A stretch of 64,000 bases of DNA, taken from positions 1 through 64,000 of IMG/VR virus record IMGVR_UViG_3300009488_000018; one strand, 5' to 3'. Position numbers and translations under genes: made by a program. This document shows positions 57,953-64,000 of the stretch, piece after piece (position 1 is the first letter of the stretch; each line of letters starts with the position of its first letter). The DNA is from a virus. The notes under the pieces are model-generated. The model ran no database searches, had not been told where the DNA came from, and saw nothing but the letters and a program-made list of their open reading frames with translations.

Positions 57953-58106
57953 AGGTTGTTAGTTTGTTGATGACGATTATAGCAAAGATTAGTACGCACT
58001 ATAAGCATTCACTTGGTATGATATGGGACGACGTTCCCATGATAGGAATGCGGGAAGACGTTCCCAAGGTCAGTGAGAGACTGGCTTGTCGATGAACTAA
58101 CAATCT
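57953..58106 (+). ncRNA. Unknown structured RNA 2 in the tRNA cluster
   Basis: ~21-bp closing stem; two GGGA(C/A)GACGTTCCC hairpins; gcattc/gaatgc and gtcagt/actggc stems. Confidence 0.6.
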
Positions 58107-58114
58107 TTTAATTT

Positions 58115-58194
58115 GCTGAGGATACGGTAATATTATAGCCTGCGGCGTCTAAGTATAAAAGATGTACATAGGGTGATCCCGTATCTTCGGCCCA
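58115..58194 (+). ncRNA. Small stem RNA ending in CCA (tRNA-like or degenerate)
   Basis: 13-bp stem gctgaggatacgg/ccgtatcttcggc followed by cca. Confidence 0.45.
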
Positions 58195-58197
58195 TAT

Positions 58198-58274
58198 CTG
58201 AGTGTAGTTCAGTCTGGTAGAACGCCTGGTCTGGGGCCAGGATGTCGGTGGTTCAAATCCATTCACTCAGACCA
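58198..58274 (+). tRNA. tRNA-Pro(TGG)
   Basis: CCTGG-TCTGGGG-CCAGG (atypical C33); CCA. Confidence 0.85.
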
Positions 58275-58275
58275 T

Positions 58276-58350
58276 TCTGGGGTAGCTCAATGGTAGAGCT
58301 TTCGGGTGATAACCGAAGGGTTGCTGGTTCGAGTCCAGCTCCCAGAACCA
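58276..58350 (+). tRNA. tRNA-Ile(GAT), second copy
   Basis: TTCGG-GTGATAA-CCGAA; CCA. Confidence 0.85.
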
Positions 58351-58351
58351 T

Positions 58352-58385
58352 GTCGATATAACTCAAACAGGTAGAGTCCTGGCGG
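58352..58385 (+). pseudogene. tRNA 5'-half remnant
   Basis: GTCGATA-TA-ACTC-AAACAGGTA-GAGT D-arm with no 3' half. Confidence 0.45.
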
Positions 58386-58434
58386 TCCATTAATTTATTA
58401 TAAAGTGAAAATAAATAAAAGAAAGAGGAATTAC

Positions 58435-58842
58435 ATGAAAACAGAAAATCAAAATTGTCTATCATGTCAAGCAATGAGGAATCGTCTTATCTCTATTGCA
58501 AAAGGATGTATACATATTGAACAATTAAACGATAGAAATAAGTGTGATGAGCATGAAGGTTGTTTTGAACGTGATTTAGTACTGAGGTCAATTTACGAGA
58601 TTGCAACAGGCAAACATAATTGGCCAGAAGCAAGACCATACGATCCAGTAACAGAAGAGGAATTAAATATAGAAGAATTTTCTTGTAAAGTCTGCAAAAA
58701 TGCTATTTGGTTAGAGGGAATCCAAAATTGGATATGTACAAAAATGCCAAATGTAGATAATATCCTTCATTGGGTACTCACAAAAACAATCCACAAAGAG
58801 TGTCCCCTAAGTCACAAGGAGAAAATGGAGAATCGAATATAG
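58435..58842 (+). CDS. Cys-rich hypothetical protein
   Basis: GAGG RBS before MKTENQ. Confidence 0.55.
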   Translation: MKTENQNCLSCQAMRNRLISIAKGCIHIEQLNDRNKCDEHEGCFERDLVLRSIYEIATGKHNWPEARPYDPVTEEELNIEEFSCKVCKNAIWLEGIQNWICTKMPNVDNILHWVLTKTIHKECPLSHKEKMENRI

Positions 58843-59330
58843 TGAAGAAACATAATTGTGTTCTACAAGATTGGGTTCATGAACTGTCTTTTATGCAACA
58901 ATCTGTATTAATTACAGCCACTCGTGGACCAGATGGATTACGAAAAGACCATATATCTAAAGTCTTGCTACGTTGGTTAAGACGTTGTTACATGATATCT
59001 GCTTTTGAGAAAACAGTTTTATCTGACCCCTATGACCCAAGAGGAGGTTCTTTTACAGGTCCTTGTACAATGGAATTAGAAAAGGCAGTGGATTTATATC
59101 TGAGATCGATTGATGAAATACCACACCACTTCCATCTTCATCTAATGCATGCTTCAGAGATTTTAGGTTACAAACATCCTAGTCCAAAAATACGGAGCTT
59201 TTGGAACAAATTCTATTCAAGAATTGTTAGAGACGCACATTTAAACCCTGAATCTGAAGAACAAATGGACAGAAGATTAGGAAACAATCGAGATACTTGG
59301 AGACAAGCTGAAGAAGTAACTGCTTATTAG
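58842..59330 (+). CDS. Hypothetical phage protein (VLQDWV..L.FMQQSVL..A.RGPDG)
   Basis: ORF; start approximate. Confidence 0.65.
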   Translation: MKKHNCVLQDWVHELSFMQQSVLITATRGPDGLRKDHISKVLLRWLRRCYMISAFEKTVLSDPYDPRGGSFTGPCTMELEKAVDLYLRSIDEIPHHFHLHLMHASEILGYKHPSPKIRSFWNKFYSRIVRDAHLNPESEEQMDRRLGNNRDTWRQAEEVTAY

Positions 59331-59355
59331 ATTACAAAAAAATTAGAAATAATAT

Positions 59356-59431
59356 GGAGTCGTCGTCTAGTCAGGTCGAGGACACAAGGCTTTCACTCTT
59401 GTAATCGTGGGTTCGAATCCCGCCGGCTCCA
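59356..59431 (+). tRNA. tRNA-Glu(TTC)
   Basis: CAAGG-CTTTCAC-TCTTG; GGTTCGAATCC. Confidence 0.88.
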
Positions 59432-59455
59432 CTTAAAAGAAAAGGAGAATTAGTT

Positions 59456-61487
59456 ATGTATCTAATTAAATATGAAGGATTATGGGATGGAATTTCACTG
59501 TATGGTTTTGCGTTTATACCTATAGATGAGTGGGAAAAGATAATGAAACTAATATCAGATTATAAAGATTATCCAGTTATAGTAACAATCGGTTCAAACG
59601 GAGAGAAAATATGTTACAATAACAGTCGTGAAGTACTAAAAGAATATACAACACAAATAATCTCATATGATATGAGCGCAAAAATTAAAAATATATTTGG
59701 AAACTTTCAATTCGGTATGTTTCCAATATTCCTAGTTGAAGAAGAAATAAAAGAAAGAAAAGAATCATGAAAAATGCATTCTTAGAGATTCTTACTTGGA
59801 AGGGTACGTCTGCCTTCGGGGCAACTCACTACTACGGTAAAATCCGTTTCGGTAAGGATAGTGTCGATGTTGAGTTCATCTTAACTAAGAACGAAGCTAC
59901 TAAAATGAACATGGATAGGGATGTTGACGTTTTTGGTCGCTATCACGCAGGAGAAGAATCTACTGCATTTACTGACGAGAAGAAAGTCATAAAAGAGGCG
60001 ATTAAATTATTCAAGAAGGATCCTCATGGATATGATGTCTTATTAAAGGGAAACCATTGTACCTGTGATCCCCAAGAAATAATAACAGGCCCTAAGAATG
60101 TTATGATAAGAGCTAACATTATATACGAGGAATTTGAAAGCTATAATGGATGGGGCTGCCAGGAAGGAGATCATAAGAAAGTACAAGCGATATGTGACAA
60201 ATGGGACATAGTTCTTGGAGGCAAGTTCTGGGAAAGAGATTAAGGTTTAATTTTATTAAAAGGTAAGAATCATGAAAAATGGATACGGTAGAATCTTTCC
60301 AGGAGGCAATAAGAAAGATTTTGTATGGATAAAACGATCATTAAAAAGAAGAAATATCCCATATAAACAAATAAAATTGCACCACGATGGATGTATATTT
60401 CTAATTCAACAAGAAGACTTACACAAATTACCAAAAGATAAAGATGGTCCTTATCTCGGAAACAACCAAAGGGGTTTTTCTATTTACTCTATAACAGAAG
60501 AGATGATAGCGGACGTATTAAAATAAAGGTAGTCCTTACTAAACCAAGTAGATAACAACTTTTGAAAGGAGATAGAAGACAATGAAGATTGGTGACAAAG
60601 TTTGGACATATAATCATTGGCATAGTTTAATAGAGATAAAAATTTGGTCTATTATAAATGATGATAAGACATATGTAGTTAACGGAGAATTTCTATTAGA
60701 CAACTGTTCTCTTACAAAGGAAGAAGCAAGAGACAAGTTAATAGAACATATGTGTCGTCAAATAGAAATTAAGAAGAAGAATATTATTCACCTAGAAAAA
60801 GAGGTACAAAATATTCGGAAACTAATTTTGTAAACTAAACACTAAACTAATAAACTGAGGAAATAAATGGGAAGAACTTTTATTGGATGGATAGAAGGAA
60901 AACTTCAGGATAAACGTAAACTTCGAAAGTTAGGCGTTAAAGGAAGAATGAAATATAATCTAAATTTAAGATGTTTTGAGAACTGTGAGATCGATGAAGA
61001 TATAGTAGACAACTTAAGAAAAGAACATCCTCCATTCTGGTCACCTGCTTTTACTGGTGTAAGTCTTAATGGAAGTCAAGAATTTTTGAATTTCAAAGTA
61101 TAAGGATTAGTCATGGGAATAATAATGTGGGACAAACCGAAAAAAATGATGACTGAAAAAACAAGACAAAAAAGATTTCAGTCAGACTGTGATATTCCTG
61201 GAACTTACTTTCCAAATATGAGTCTAGAAGACAGGAAACGTTGGAAAGGTAAAGTTGTTGGAAAAACAACAGGTTCTCCACAAGTAGAAATAAGAAAAAA
61301 TACATTTGTTATAATAGTTTCTTTAGGTGGTGGATACAAATACAAATATTATAGTAGAGACAAAACAAAAAGAACAAATATACATATTGGAGCTTCTGGA
61401 CCGATCCAATTAACTTTTAAAGAATGGGAAGAGATGAAATATGTAGTAGATGAAGCAACACAGGTGTTAAGGGAGTTAAGTGATTAG
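59456..61487 (+). other. Run of small hypothetical CDSs (59456-59770, 59767-60243, 60272-60526, 60582-60833, 60867-61103, 61113-61487)
   Basis: Packed + strand ORFs with RBSs. Confidence 0.6.
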
Positions 61488-61495
61488 AAACATAT

Positions 61496-61572
61496 CGGCG
61501 TGTAACTCAGCCTGGTAGAGGGCATGGTTTGGGACCATGCAGTCGGCGGTTCAAATCCGTCCACGCCGACCA
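61496..61572 (+). tRNA. tRNA-Pro(TGG), second copy
   Basis: CATGG-TTTGGGA-CCATG; C1:G72; CCA. Confidence 0.88.
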
Positions 61573-61589
61573 TTAAGAAAGGAGCGAAT

Positions 61590-61790
61590 ATGGGTTTACT
61601 TGGTGGAACAATAAAAGAAGGTTCTTGGTGGTTAAATAGCAAGTCAGATCCTAGATGGAACGTAGAAGGACGTTCATCATATGTGGGCGGACTTGTGATG
61701 CCATCTGACTGCGAATCTAAAATTGAAGAACTAAAAAAAGAACTTGGTGAGCCCCCAGACGATTTGGAATGGGGATACATGAAAGATTAA
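61590..61790 (+). CDS. Hypothetical protein
   Basis: AAGGAG RBS after the tRNA. Confidence 0.6.
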   Translation: MGLLGGTIKEGSWWLNSKSDPRWNVEGRSSYVGGLVMPSDCESKIEELKKELGEPPDDLEWGYMKD

Positions 61791-61804
61791 GAAAAGGAGA
61801 AAGA

Positions 61805-64000
61805 ATGGCAATAAAATATCCACCTTTACCAGTAACATTTAATGTTGAGAAAGAAGTGGCTTTTTATTATTCGTCAGTTATTTCGCAAATACTAAATTGC
61901 AGTTTCAAAGCGAGATTTAATACAGATGGTCTTTTTGAATCGTCTGAAATTAAACTCCTTGCCGAATATAAATGTGGTGTTTCACTAACTAAAAAAGGTT
62001 TAATTCAATGTGTTGTACAAAATTTATTCTATATCAAAAGGATTGAGAAGGCAGGAGAATTATTACCAAATGTTATTTTTATTGGTAATGAAGAAAACTA
62101 TTGTATCTTTGATTCTTCAAATTTAAATGAGTATCTTAAATTAGACGTAAATTGGTTTGAAATATCTCCAAGTCAAGCTTTTATAAAACCACCAGAAGTA
62201 CTTTATAACGCTATCGAAAAAAGTTTTACTGTGCACCTATATTCATTATCTAATATACCAATTTTAGAACAAATTATTAATAATTTTAGGAATAATAATA
62301 TAGGATTAAAGATGACAGTAAACAATGATAATGTTGGAATGTTATTTGAAGAATTTATAACTTCAAATATTGTAGCGCAAAAATTAGAACCGCATGAAGT
62401 GGTAGCATTATTTGCTAGCATTCTCTTTGGTGAATGTTCTGATATTGTGAAAGATGAAAACAAAATAACAACACCCTTGTCAAACAAACAAATAGTAAAA
62501 ATTTATCGAAAAAATTACGACTCATTTTTAAAGATTGTAAAAGAAGTTGGTGATATAAAAATAAAAGACGAGATAATGGCTCAATCAGATCGCCTAATCG
62601 AAGAAGTTTATCGACGATTCCACGGAGAATTCTACACACCAAAGATCTGGGTTAATGAAGCTCATAAAATGATTTGTGAAACAATTGACCCACATTGGTA
62701 TGAAAATTATGTTGTCTGGGATACTTGTTGTGGTCTTGCAAATCTCACTAGAGATTATACATTTACAGAATTATATATGTCAACGTTACATCAAGAAGAT
62801 ATTGATATCATAAAACAGAGAGGATATAATCCAGAGGCTAAAGCAATATTTCAATATGATTTTTTAAATGATGATGTTCTAGCAGATGAAAATGTACTAC
62901 CAATGGTTCCAAACAATTATATTTCTAAACTAGAACAACTGGCTCCAGGTTTAATCGAAGCTTTTCAGGAGAACAAGAAGATCTTAATTATTATGAATCC
63001 ACCATACGGAGCTGCAGGAGGAAGCAAGATCCTTTCAATTAGAAAAGAAAATATTTCGAACACTAAAATTAAAAATATTATGAAAAATCAAAAGTTAGCT
63101 CACGCATCTTTACAACTATTTTGTCAGTTTTTATTTAGAATTATTGGATTTAAGAAATACTATAACGAAACAAATATAAGTATAGCATCTTTTTCAACAC
63201 CAATATTTTTAGCTGGTCCTTCATTTAAGAATTTTAGAAAGTTATACTTAAATGAATTTAGCTACATAAGAAGCATTTTTTTCAGATCAGATGAATTTGA
63301 TTCTGTTTCTGGAATTTGGGGAATCTTATTTAGTCTTTGGAATAGCGGTAAAACAATAATTCAAGACTCCTTTGTAACAACAATGGTTGACAAAGATACT
63401 ACATTAAACAAAGTACTATACAATACTGACAATGTGGAACCAGCTACTAGTCACTTAAAAAGAACAGTTCCAGAAAAAAGTTGGATTGAATATCCGAACT
63501 TTAGTAGTGGATTGGTAGTTAAAGAGACACATAACTTGTTTTTGAAAAATTCAATTGGTACATTTGTTACAGCAAGTAATGATGTGAATCAATCAATTTT
63601 TGTTACTGGCGTCCTAAGCGGTGCATCATCAATTGGTGGAATTCCTATTACAAAAAACAATTTTTTAGATTTTGTTAGCTTATTTACTGCAAAAACAAGA
63701 GCTCCCAGACACTGGAGTACAATGCATGACCAATTTTTAGTTCCTAATAAACAAATAGATGGATATCAACAATGGAATTATGATGCTATTGTATATACAA
63801 TTTTTAAAGAGGCACAAGTATCTACGTCTGTTCGTAATATATTTTATAAAAATAAGCAATGGAATATCAAAAACGAATTCTTCTGGTTACCGAACCAATT
63901 TATGCAAGATTTAGCAAACCAGAACAATTTTGAAGAGTTATACAGAGATGCAAATACATTTAATCAAGAAAGATTTGTATATCAAGAACTACAAAAAGTT
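61805..64000 (+). CDS. Type IIG-like restriction-modification fusion (PD-(D/E)xK-like N-terminus plus N6-adenine MTase), 3'-partial; absent from the ORF track
   Basis: Manual translation from ATG 61805: NTDGL..LLAEYK, then in frame GEFYTP (62624), VWDTCCG.ANL, DFL, MNPPYG (62993). Confidence 0.8.
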   Translation, partial: MAIKYPPLPVTFNVEKEVAFYYSSVISQILNCSFKARFNTDGLFESSEIKLLAEYKCGVSLTKKGLIQCVVQNLFYIKRIEKAGELLPNVIFIGNEENYCIFDSSNLNEYLKLDVNWFEISPSQAFIKPPEVLYNAIEKSFTVHLYSLSNIPILEQIINNFRNNNIGLKMTVNNDNVGMLFEEFITSNIVAQKLEPHEVVALFASILFGECSDIVKDENKITTPLSNKQIVKIYRKNYDSFLKIVKEVGDIKIKDEIMAQSDRLIEEVYRRFHGEFYTPKIWVNEAHKMICETIDPHWYENYVVWDTCCGLANLTRDYTFTELYMSTLHQEDIDIIKQRGYNPEAKAIFQYDFLNDDVLADENVLPMVPNNYISKLEQLAPGLIEAFQENKKILIIMNPPYGAAGGSKILSIRKENISNTKIKNIMKNQKLAHASLQLFCQFLFRIIGFKKYYNETNISIASFSTPIFLAGPSFKNFRKLYLNEFSYIRSIFFRSDEFDSVSGIWGILFSLWNSGKTIIQDSFVTTMVDKDTTLNKVLYNTDNVEPATSHLKRTVPEKSWIEYPNFSSGLVVKETHNLFLKNSIGTFVTASNDVNQSIFVTGVLSGASSIGGIPITKNNFLDFVSLFTAKTRAPRHWSTMHDQFLVPNKQIDGYQQWNYDAIVYTIFKEAQVSTSVRNIFYKNKQWNIKNEFFWLPNQFMQDLANQNNFEELYRDANTFNQERFVYQELQKV

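Noticed and set aside
1-64000. Stop-codon reassignment
   Set aside because: Core genes (polymerase, portal, capsid, helicase) are intact in code 11, TAG and TGA are used as normal stops, and no suppressor tRNA was seen.

Overview
This 64 kb window comes from a large, AT-rich, T4-like (myovirus-type) bacteriophage that uses the standard genetic code. It carries tail-fibre and receptor-binding genes, lysis genes (M15 peptidase, SLT) and a head module (gp23-like major capsid, gp21-like protease, gp20-like portal). Replication and nucleotide genes include a DnaB-like helicase, a UDG-PolB fusion and ThyA. A possible DNA-hypermodification set comprises a TGT/DpdA-like gene, QueE, a glycosyltransferase and a PIG-L deacetylase. 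Host-translation and proteostasis genes include tmRNA, bS21, a GGQ release-factor-like protein, ClpP, GroES and 14 tRNAs. A type IIG-like R-M gene runs off the right edge. The standout locus is 25.9-28.4 kb. A solitary 190-aa Cas7/RAMP-like gene is flanked by 16 non-coding units built from a 5-nt register (constant A-R-Y triplet plus a variable NN dinucleotide), 14 of them forming a ~1.35 kb array closed by a terminator. This is a candidate non-CRISPR RNA-guided system. It resembles the GGY/NN VIPR-type systems as I recall them, but uses an ARY triplet. A second candidate protein+RNA module sits at 52.0-52.9 kb, and several unexplained structured RNAs lie among the tRNAs. All calls come from manual motif reading; no database searches were run.
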